Positions 12,351-23,228 of a stretch of 64,000 nt of DNA are shown here, one piece after another; the stretch's first letter is position 1, and every line of letters begins with the position of its first letter. The notes under the pieces were generated by a model that was not told the DNA's origin, did not search any database, and saw only the letters and a program-made list of their open reading frames with translations. The position numbers and the translations under genes were made by a program. The stretch covers positions 50,718,001 through 50,782,000 of the forward strand of contig NC_087437.1 in NCBI RefSeq assembly GCF_036321535.1, in the 5' to 3' direction. The stretch comes from Camelus dromedarius (lineage: Eukaryota).

Positions 12351-14010
12351 TTCCCTCTCCTCTCCATTCCCTTCCTGCTTTGGCTTTTCTTGTTTTTTAA
12401 ATAAATTTTATGAGGGAGCCTGTTTGCTCAGAAGCCTGAAAAGGACTTTGCTATTTTAAACGACTTTAATAGGTGCCCAGGAACACTGTTTGCTGGTGCT
12501 CATGGACAGTAGCTCTTCCTTTTTCCTGAGGGTTGACGTTCAGGAAAAAGAAATCCTCCTCCGCCTTTGGCTTCTTTCCAGCTCCAAAGAAGAGGCTGTG
12601 ATGTGAGCAGCCCGGGGAACGTAGCCCCAGGGAGTCATGCTTTCTGCTTCTAACTGGTGACGTGAAGGGCAGAAAGTAGCCACATCACAACTGCCAGCAA
12701 CCGCAGGGAATGACTCCGCTGAGGCTCTCCCAGACGGCTTCAGCAGCTTCAGTGAGCCAAGCACATGCCCTCACAGCTGCCAGCCCGCCCCGAGAATCCC
12801 GGCCACCTCCTCAAGTTGAACTTGTCCAGTTCCTGCAAACTGGCACAGCAAAGATCTTCCTGCCAGAGAAGATGGAACGCCTTTTTTTGGGAATGAGTTC
12901 TCTGCTGATGATAAATCGTACCATGATTTTACTGCAGGTCGTGAGTATCAGTGACTCCAGCAGCAATCACGAATGGTTTGGGGTTATAGCTTTCCTTTTT
13001 CTTCCTGGGAACATTTACTGTTGAGGGCAGGGAGGGCATTTAGAACTGTGTTATGATTCGCTCTCCTAGACTGGCTGTGGGTTCATTTCATGTTTGAGTT
13101 CGAGGCCTAAGGCCAAAAAGATGTCAGAATTGTCACCTGGAGTCAGATTCATGTTCTCTTATCTCTCCTGGTCATCTGTCTTGGACAGCAGCCACAATAC
13201 AAAAGAAGCAGTGATTGTTCTTGATGTTAATCAGTCTCCTTGTTTCCCTTTTAATGGCCCATGGACCACGCAGAAATGAATCCAAACCTTCTTTTCTAAT
13301 CTACCTTGTTCTTACAAGTTTTCTTACATATTTTGGAATGATGATTTCCCTGGTTATACTACCTACCTTGGGAAACACTAATTGCATTTACTGATTCTAA
13401 GTTGATTTCTAAGTCCAAAATTTAGTGCACAAAGCCCCTTTCTCATATTGTTCATGACTGTGGATTCTCCTCACTCTTCTTCTCATAGCCTTGGGCTTTA
13501 GAAGCAGAAGTCTGGCCAGCCACTGTTGGCCAAAATGAGAAAGTTTGGCAGCCTCTGTTCCTACCCCGCTTCCTCTACCACCTTGACCATTATACTTGCT
13601 TATTCGAGTTCACCAACTATATATCTGTGTGTGTATGTGTATAGCGTATGCAATTTTGTCATGGTCTTTTTATATATAAACCATATACTGTTCTAACAAC
13701 TTTGAATATGAAGACAGATTATAGGAATGAATAAAATGACTGTTCCCTCAATAGAACAATATCTACCAACAATTATGTACATGATCAAATAGCTTTTCAT
13801 TTCTAGTTGCAATTAAGAAGAAAGAAAAGGAAGAAATCCTACAAACTCCAGCTTTTGGGAGCACTAATCTATGCTATGTGCCTTTATGGGCATGTCCTCA
13901 GGAGGAGATGGTAGGTATGAAATAGGGGAACACAACTTATTGATTTATTGATAATTATGACAGCAATCTCATGTCAGAAATTTCTATTGGTAAAGGAAAA
14001 GTGATCTTAC

Positions 14011-14102
14011 CTTGACTTCAAATTTAGTCTCGTCATCTTCCTTTCCCAGGGAGCTCAAATCTGCTTCTGCATAAGGTTCCTCAGATGTTTTCTGATGAGG
14101 AG
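14011..14102 (-). CDS. MCF2L2: MCF2L2 coding exon 14 (92 nt with the inferred acceptor)
   Basis: ccctag|CT CCT CAT...GTC AAG|gtaaga; encodes (A)PHQKTSEEPYAEADLSSLGKEDDETKFEVK. This acceptor fits the phase-1 end of exon 13. Confidence 0.85.
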
Positions 14103-15499
14103 CTAGGGAGCCAAAGAAAACCTGCCATTAATTTGGCTACTTGGCTTATAAATAACCCAGAGCACTTAGCCTGACTTGAACCATGTTGCTGCAGTTGATT
14201 AGTAAAGCTTAATTGAGCTGCTACAGTGATTTCCAAGGTAGTAGATGAAATTTGAGGTGAAGGAAAGAGGCAGAAAAGAAAGAGTCCTTGACCCCAGGCA
14301 TCTGACATTTGATCTCAAGAGAAAAAAAGCCATACCCAACATCACATGAAACATCAAACCACAACAAATTGGTAAATATAATATCATCCCCATTTTTAAG
14401 GTCCAGCTAAAAGCTCATGTTCTTTATGAAGTCTTCTAACTATTCCAAACTTCATGGATTGTTTTATGCACTGCTGCTTTAGCATTTATCATTTGCAATG
14501 TGTGATATTGTATTTGATCTTGTTCTTGGATTGGAAGACCAGATTCAGTTCACTTTTTATTGAATGTATTTTTTCCATTATATAGCTAATTAACTTGTGC
14601 TTATTACAGAAAATTAGAAAAATACTAAAATCTTACTACTTAAACACATTATGATTACATAAGGGCAGAAATCATTGCTAATCTGATGATCTAACAGTTG
14701 GATTCCAGAACTGATGGAACCACATTTTTAGTGGATGGGATGACTATGTGAAGAATCAGCTGAGTCTGGAGGGAACTGGACAGTGTTGCCCTTGCTCCCT
14801 CATCTGTCACTCTGTCTCCCTCCTCTCCTTCCCACAGGACTCTCAGACACCTGGGAGATACCCTTCTTCAAAATCCACGGCCATTTGGCAGTAAGACTGG
14901 GATTTAGGGAGGAGAAGCCCTGGTTAGGCTCAGAGCTTTCTAACCCAGTTTTACCGGAGGGCTGCACTGGGGATGGGGCTACAAGGGTAATAGTAAGTGA
15001 TATTTTGAGTTCTTACTTGTCACCATTACCACCCTTGAATGCACAGGCACAGTTCCTTTGGGAAACTCACAGGATACATGTTATTATCCCAGGACAGGAT
15101 AGAAATATAGGTCCCATGGCCAAAGTGTCATCTATCTAATGCCACCAACGTGAACTTGGTTCTTATCTATGGCAGACTTGATGGAGCTTAACTGTCTTGC
15201 CTCCAGAGGCCCCTCCCAGCCATCAGGTTCTGTGAGCCACTGGAAGCGGCGCGAGCTTTCTGTGGGTTTCCATGGATGTTATGCTAAAATTGGTTGTGAA
15301 GCACACTGTTTGCTGTTCCAGGTTATATGATCACTAAAGCTACTTTATAACAATGGACAGTCTGTTGGGCTCCTCACCCTCTGCAGGATCTCTGTAAGCT
15401 GAGAGATTCCAGGCATAATAACGGGAAGCTAGAAATGCATACACTAATTGGCAACACCCATGACTGAGAAGCACCTGCCCTTAATGCTGGTTAAGTACT

Positions 15500-15733
15500 G
15501 TGATGAAGTTAAAGGCAGGGGCATGTGAGCAATGCCAACAGCGTTCAAGTCCTGCTCTTCCATGTAGGAAGCACACATTATCAAAGTAATCTCTGTGCCT
15601 TAGCTTCTTCATCTGTACAGCGGGGAATAATGAAAAAGCCTACAGTATATGGTGTTATGAGAATTTCATGAGTTAATATGCATAAAGTATTTAGATCTTG
15701 GAAAGCACTCAGTATATTTTAGCTATTATTATT
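15500..15733 (+). mobile_element. MIR SINE
   Basis: CTCTGTGCCTTAGCTTCTTCATCTGTA core and AGCTATTATTATT 3' end. Confidence 0.7.
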
Positions 15734-16464
15734 GCCACAAATGAACTTTTTCACATTCCTTATGTGCTTCAGAGAGGTTGAATGTTGTACCCAAGACACC
15801 CAGCTACCAAGAGTCAGAGCTGAGATTCCAACTCCCATCTCTAAGCAGCCCTGACCACGTTCCTTACACTGTGACATACAATAGTTTATCTTGGCACAGT
15901 CTCAGTTACTAAGGAATTAAACAAACATGTTTGAAAATCCTGTTAGCGACCTGCCTGAATCCACACTCAGTGGTTAGTCTCCAAAACAAAAGTGCAAGAT
16001 TGCTACACAAAATGAGCAAGTTGCCTGACCAGGGTCAGCAATACCTGTTCAAAGATCTGTCCTGTAGGAAGGTCATTACCTACTATGAATTCTTGTGTTT
16101 CAAAAGCCAAGAGACAACCTATCATTCCTGCTGTATTTACTTGTAACAAACATGCCCCTTAAAATAGTGAGAGAAGTAAAGTCATAGAAGTGAGCATAAT
16201 TTAGTTTTGGGAACGAGCCCTGGATGAGAGGTCAGGAGAACCAAACCCTGTTTCCAACCATCCAAGAAGGATGTCTCTGTGTGTGTGAATGTCTGTGTAT
16301 CTGCGGTATATGTGTACATAAATGTGTCTGAGTGTGCTTGTGTATGTATGAGCATGTGTGTGTGTGGAAAAATTCAGGTAAGAAATTCACTAAACTGTTA
16401 TCAAGACTTAATTCTAAAAAGTGGAATATGTGATGAGAGATAGGGGACTGTAAATTATACTAAA

Positions 16465-19400
16465 TGGAGAGTTACCAAAAAGACCTCATAATTTCCAGAT
16501 AAATAAAAACTAAAAGAACTTACTGCAAACCCACCTGCAATACAAGAAATGTTAATGGAAGATCATTAACCTGAAGAGACAGAACACAGGATGATAATTC
16601 AGATCTACGATAAGGAATAGAGAACACCAGAAATGGTGACTAGGAAGCTAAATATAAAATAATACACATTTTCTTTTTTTCTTCCTTTCTCTTAATTTCT
16701 TTAAAAGATATACAATTGTTTAAAGCAAAAATTATAACACAACAATATTGTTGTGGGATGAAACACATGTAGATGAAATACTGAGGATAAGCATAGCACA
16801 GAGGATGAGTAAAGGGTATGTGGCACTCTAATGCTGCAAATCTCCTGTGTTGAAATAAAGTGCTACAATGTTAATTCAAAGATGATTGCAATAAATTAAG
16901 GATGCATATGATAATCCCTAGAAGAAACATCTGGGGAAAAACAATGCAAAGAGATATGTAAGCTAAAAAGCCAGCAGATGAATTTAAATGGAATACTGAA
17001 AAAATTTTGCTAAACCAAAAGAATCCAAGAAAGGAGGATCAAAGGAATAAAGAAACATATGAGACAAGTAGAAAATAAATAACACAACAGTAGCATTAAA
17101 TCCAACTATATCAATAATTACATTGCATGTAAATAGAATAAACACTCCAATTAGAAGGCAGAGATTAACAGAAGATTCAATTATATGCTGCCTACAAGAA
17201 ATATATTTTAAAAACAAAGACAGAAATTGAAGAATGGAAAAAATATATCATGCAAACACTGAGCATAAGAAAGCTGGAATGGCTGTATTAATATCAAACA
17301 AAATAGACTTCAAGACAAGGACTACTATGTTGGGAAAACTGGACAGCAGCATGTAAAACAATGAAGCTAGAACACTCCCTTACACCATATACAAAAATCA
17401 ACTCAAAATGGATTAAAGACTTAAACATAAGACAAGATACAATAAACCTCCTAGAGGAAAACATAGGCAAAACATTATCTGACATACATTTCAAAAATTT
17501 TCTCCTAGAAGAAATAAAAGCAAGAATAAACAAATGGGACCTAATGAAACTTACAAGCTTCTGCACAGCAAAGGAAACCAGAAATAAAACAAGAAGAAAA
17601 CCTACGGAATGGGAGAAAATTTTTGCAAGTGAAACCGACAAAGGCTTGATCTCCAGAATATATAAGCAGCTCATACGACTCAATAAGAAAAAAATAAACA
17701 ACCCAATCCAAAAATGGGCAGAAGACCTAAACAAGCAATTCTCCAAGGAAGACATACAAATGATCAAAAAGCACATGAAAAAATGCTCAGTATCACTAAT
17801 TATCAGAGAAATGCAAATCAAAACTACAATGAGGTATCACCTCACACCAGTCAGAATGGCCGTCATTCAAAAATCCACAAATGACAAATGCTGGAGAGGC
17901 TGTGGAGAAAGGGGAACCCTCCTACACTGCTGGTGGGAATGCAGTTTGGTGCAGCCACTATGGAAAACAGTGTGGAGATTCCTCAAAAGACTAGGAATAG
18001 ACTCACCATATGACCCAGGAATCCCACTCCTGGGCTTGTATCCAGAAGGAAATCAGGATGACACCTGCACCCCAATGTTCATAGCAGCACTATTTACAAT
18101 AGCCAAAACATGGAAACAGCCTAAATGTCCATCAACAGGTGACTGGATAAAGAAGAAGTGGTATATTTATACAATGGAATACTACTCAGCCATAAAAACC
18201 GACAACATAATGCCATTTGCAGCAACATGGATGCTCCTGGAGAATGTCATTCTAAGTGAAGTAAGCCAGAAAAAGAAAAATACCATATGAGATCGCTCAT
18301 ATGTGGAATCTAAAAAACAAAAAGAAAAACAAACAAACAAACAAAAACAAAGCGTAAATACAGGACAGAAATAGACTCACAGACAGAGAATACAGACTTT
18401 TGGTTACCAGGGGGGTGGAGGGTGGGAAGGGATAGACTGGGATTTCAAAATTGTAGAATAGACTACACTGTATAGCACAGGGAAATATACACAAAATGTT
18501 ATGATAACTCACAGAGAAAAAAATGTGACAATGAGTGTGTATATGTCCATGAATAACTGAAAAATTGTGCTGAACACTGGAATTTGACACAACATTGTAA
18601 AATGATTATAAATCAATAAAAAATGTTAAAAAAAAAAAAGACAAGGACTACTGTTAAAGATAAGGAGGGAAGGAGAGATATTTATAATTATAAAAGGGCC
18701 TGTATATCTGGAAGACATAACTATTATGAATATGTACGTGCTTAGTAACAGACTTTCAAAATACATGAAGCAACAAATTATACATCATGTCCAAGAATGT
18801 TTACCCAGGAATGCATGATTGTTTTCAGCATTTGAAAATAAATCATTGTAATCCACCATATTAACCAATAAAGAAAAAATATATATTCATCACAATATAT
18901 GCACCAAATAGGACATCTGAAAAATTCAATAATCATTCATGATAAAACTCTTATCAAACTGGAATATAAGGGAACTTCCTCAATTTGATAAAAGGCACCT
19001 GTGGAAAACTTACTGCTAACATCATACTTCAAGATGAAAAATGAACTCTCTCCCTGCACATTGGGAAAACACATGGATGTCTGATCTCACCACCTCTGCT
19101 CAACATTGTACTGGAGGTCCCAGATATTATCATAAAGTAAGGGGAAAGAAGCATAGAGACTGAAACAGAAAAAGTAAAATTGTCCCTATCCACAGATGAT
19201 ATGATTGTATTTCTATACAGAAATATACTTCTATTGATAGTTATATATAGTAAATTCCATTTATTATAAGTTTAAAAAAAAATGAAATGCCTAAGATCTT
19301 TACATGCAAGACTATTACATTGTTGAGGGAAATTAAAGAAGACCTAAATACATGAAGAGTTATAACATTTATGAATTGGAAGATCAACATTGGTGAGATC

Positions 19401-19610
19401 AAAATTCTTCCCAAATTGATCTATATATTCAATGCATAACCCCAATAGAAATTGAAAGGTGATTCTAAAATTTATATGGCAATGAAAAGGAACTAATATA
19501 ATAGCCAAAACCATCTTGAAAAGAACAAAGTTGCAAAACTTACACTACTCGATCTCAAGGCTTACTAATAAGCTGCAGTAATCAAGACCATGTAGGACAG
19601 GTGTAAGGAC
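16465..19610 (+). mobile_element. Old, internally deleted L1 (ORF1 end, ORF2 endonuclease and RT remnants), host of a younger L1
   Basis: Degenerate L1 motifs such as ATAATTACATTGCATGTAAAT...ACTCCAATTAGAAGGCAGAGATT (EN start), CAACATTGTACTGGAGGTCC and CACAGATGATATGAT (RT). Boundaries approximate. Confidence 0.8.
17327..18637 (+). mobile_element. Young 5'-truncated L1 (ORF2 C-terminus, 3' UTR, poly(A)) with 15-bp TSD
   Basis: 309-aa open ORF2 segment at 17361-18290 with the Cys-rich [19 protein letters not shown] motif; AATAAA and A-tail; TSD AAGACAAGGACTACT at 17312-17326 and 18638-18652. Confidence 0.95.
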
Positions 19611-19943
19611 TTATCTTTTTTTTTTTTCTGTTTTCAAAGAACCAACTTTACCACTCCATTGCTAATAGACTCTTGTGGGCCTTTTAAAGGTCCTTAATGG
19701 AGTTTATTTTATGCTAATGTTATTTGTGCATTTATATTATTCCTCTGCTAGACTGTGAGCTTCTCCTGGCATCCAGGCACTCAGTTTTACCTAACTTTCT
19801 AAGTCTTCGACACCTGTACTATTTCATATCTGTAGTTTGTCTTAAATAATATCTGTCAAAATAACACGAACAACCATAATCTCAGCCCTCATGGGCGTTG
19901 GTGAATCATAAAGCCACAGAACTTCCTTCCCCAAATAACCTAC

Positions 19944-20121
19944 CCAAGGCAGAGGGCTGGCTGATTTTCGGTGACACCCATTTTGGGGAGGACTCAGGAT
20001 GAGGGGCCACGGGCTGCACTGGGCGAGTCTGTCTGGCTGCCAGTTTCATCAGACTCATTTGCCTCTTGTGAAATATTTCTTGCACATCACCCAGCTTCTG
20101 CAGGACTTTCTGAGCTTTGGC
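19944..20121 (-). CDS. MCF2L2: MCF2L2 coding exon 13 (178 nt)
   Basis: cccacag|GCC AAA...TTG G|gtaggt; AKAQKVLQKLGDVQEIFHKRQMSLMKLAARQTRPVQPVAPHPESSPKWVSPKISQPSAL. Confidence 0.95.
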
Positions 20122-21238
20122 CTGTGGGAACAAAAGCAGATTATGAGTTGGTTGCTTGGCACTGAGTCTGAGGACATGAGGTATCCCCGTTCTCCCATCT
20201 TCTCCTCCTCCCTGTCTCCCTATCTCCTTCAGGTGACTCTTCTCCAGATATCCATATGCAGGTCATTGCACATCTCACCTTGTACAGATTGTGCTTCTAA
20301 GAGTCTGCTCTCCCACTTGATGGACAGAGGTTGTCCATCTTTTCACTACTGTGCCTCCAGGGCTGGGAACACTGCCTAGCACAGAGCAGTGCTCGGTAAA
20401 TAAATGTCGACTCAGTAAATGTTCACTAAGCCATGTTCACTCACAGTAGAAAAGGACGCCACAGGCCATGAATAAATGGCATGAGGCCAACTTATAAAAC
20501 ACGAGGATTTCAAAATAAGAAATTTAACCAGAATAAAGGCCCTGATGGAGAAAAGACTGTTAAGTGTTCTGGGGCACAGAGGTGGCTAAATTCTGAGTCA
20601 AGATCAGGAGAACCACAAGAACCTGTAATTAAAAAGATACACATTTAAATTTTATTTTGTGAGACACCTCTCTATATAAGGAGGAAAGAAATAAACCGAA
20701 GAAACACCACAGGAAAGATGAAACTCAAACACATTCTCATCACTGACTATATGCCCTCAGGCAGAGGTTCAGGGGAACAAGAAACAAGATCTGTTTCACC
20801 TGAGTTTCCCCAAGGCTTAAATTCAGCGGATACATTTCTTTCAACATGACATTCCTCTAGCTCTGCGGCGTAAAGGAAGTGGTTAGCCTTTATCACGCCA
20901 ACTCTGACATCCACCTTGTGGATGATTTTAACCACCAAAAGAAGGGACCCAAAATTAGAAGAGCTGAGCCACCATAATCCATGCAGGGTGGTTGGAGGAT
21001 GCTGAATTCCAAAAGCAGAGACTCAGCGCACATCCAGGGAGGCTGCCACAATTTGCAACTGGAAAAGTAAACCTGTCTTTTCTATGCTGGGCCGTCTTCT
21101 GAGGGAAAGAGCAAAGATCCCTGAGGGCTTGAGTGTTAGCCACCGAACAAGTTCCCCTACAGCCTAAAGCCCTGTCAAGGCTGACCTCTGCACCAAGATC
21201 TGGAGCAGGTCTCACTCTTCGGAGGGTCTGAAGCAGAC

Positions 21239-21570
21239 CTGCACTGTCCCTGCAGTATCCACCAGCCATACATGGCTACTGAACACTTGGAATGCGGCTA
21301 GTCTGAACTGAGCTGTGCTGTCAGTTTGAATACACACTGGATTTTGAAGATGTACATGAAAAAGTACATAAAAGATCTCATTAATAATACAATTAATTAT
21401 ATAATAGTGATTGTATGTTGAAATGATAGTTGGGGCACAGGTAAATAAAACATTATTAAAATGGATTTCATTTGTTTCTTTTCACTTTTTAAAATGTGGC
21501 TACTGGAAAATCTTAAATTTCATATGTGGTTTGCGTTATATTTCTATTGGATTTCTATTGGAAAGTGTTG
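21239..21570. mobile_element. MER33 (hAT-Charlie)
   Basis: CTGCACTGTCC...AGCCATACATGGCTACTGAACACTTGGAATGCGGCTAGT...ATTTCTATTGGAAAGTGTTG matches the recalled MER33 layout and ~330-bp length. Confidence 0.75.
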
Positions 21571-21578
21571 ATCTAAAC

Positions 21579-21809
21579 CAGGGGTTGGCAAACTTTTTCT
21601 GTAAAAGGCCAAATAGTAAATATTTCGGGCTTTGCAGACCATCTGGTCTCTGTTGCATCTCCAAAACTCGGTGGTTGTAGCATAAAAGCAGTCATAGATA
21701 ATAGCTAATACATAAATGAATGACAGTGGCTGTGTTCTGATAAAACCTTATTTACAAAAATAGGCACCAAGCAGCTTTGGCCCACAGGCTGTAGTTTGCC
21801 AACTCCTAC
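21579..21809. mobile_element. MER58A (hAT-Charlie)
   Basis: Terminal inverted repeats CAGGGGTTGGCAAAC ... GTTTGCCAACTCCT; ~230 bp. Confidence 0.85.
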
Positions 21810-22104
21810 TCAGAGTCTGTGTTTAAAAGGTGTCTTCAGAGACTATGCCCCTGGCTTCAGGAAGCTCAGCTGAAAAGTGGACTAGAGATTCTGATAACAC
21901 AGCTATGAGTCCAAGTCCCAAAAGAAGCCAAAAGCCCTTACGTCAGGATCATGGCAATCTCAGTTTGTGTTTCTGGGGGGGATGGTGATAACATGGTGAC
22001 CAGCCACTACTACCCTGCCCTTCTGGCCCAGTAATTAGCTTGAGGAAACTGAAACATGAGTGTTAATTTCTGCACAGAGATCAAGAAATCTGACTCAATG
22101 AATG

Positions 22105-23195
22105 ATTGTCAATTAATTGTGTGGATTTATTTCTGGGTTCTCCTTAGATCAATGAATCAATTCTGTTCCATTGTTCTATGTGTCTATTTTTGTGCCAGTA
22201 TCATATTTTGATTGTTATAGCTTGGCAGTATGGCCTGAAATCAGGGAGAATGATACCTCCAGCTTTGCTCTTTTCTTTCAAATTTGCTTTGGTGATTCAT
22301 GGTCTTCTGTGGTTCTATACAAATTTTAGGATTGTTTGTTCTAGTTCTTTGAAAAAGGCCATGGCTTTTGATATTGACTACATTAAATCTGTAGAGTGAT
22401 GTGGGCAGTTGGACATTTTAATATTAATTCTTCCAATCCATGAAAGAGGGTATCTTTCCATTTCTCATCTTCAATTTCCTCTATCAATGTTTAATAGTTT
22501 TCAGAGTATAGGTCTTTCACCGCCTTGGTTAAGTTCATTCCATAGGTATTAAATTTATTCTTTTTTACACAGTTTTAAATGAGATAGTTTTCTTACTTTC
22601 TCTCTCTGATAGTTAATTATTAGTTAATTAATTATTATAGTTAATTATTATCCTGCAACTTTACTGAATTCATTCATCAGTTCTAATAGTTTTTTGGTGG
22701 AGACTTTAGGGTTATTTAGTATCATGTCATCTGCCAATAGTGACAGTTATACTTCTCCCTTTCCAATTTGGATGCCTTTTATTTCTTTTTCTTGTCTGAT
22801 TGCTGTGGTGAGGCATCCTAGCCACATAGAAGTGGCAAGAGTGGGCATTCTTGTCTTGTTCCTGATTTTAGAGGAAAAACTTTCAGCTTTTCACTGTTGA
22901 GTATGATGTTAGCTGTGGGTTTTTCAAAAATAGCCTTTAGTATGTTGAGATATATTCCCTCTATGCCAACTTTGATGAGAGTTTTGATCATAAATGGTTG
23001 TTGAACTTGTCAAATGTTTTTTCTGTGTCTATTGAGATGATCATGTGATTTTTATTCTTTCTTCTGTTAATGTGGTGTATCACATTGACTGATTTGCAGA
23101 TACTGAACCATCCTTGCATCCACGGAATTCTGTTTGGCACTGTTTTGTTGAGGATTTTTGCATTTACATTCATCAGAGATATTGGCCTGTAATTT

Positions 23196-23228
<33 letters not shown>

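Noticed and set aside
12710..13024. 104-aa plus-strand ORF in the CpG-richer element
   Set aside because: No recognisable homology or domain; ORFs of this length arise by chance in GC-richer sequence.
17361..18290. 309-aa ORF as a possible host or domesticated gene
   Set aside because: It is the C-terminal part of L1 ORF2 in a 5'-truncated copy with TSD and poly(A); it lacks EN and RT and is open because it is young.
18297..18590. Duplicated 97-aa ORF MSNSSVQHNFSVIHGH..., also at 40372-40665
   Set aside because: Both are antisense readings of the same L1 3' UTR, not a paralogous gene pair.
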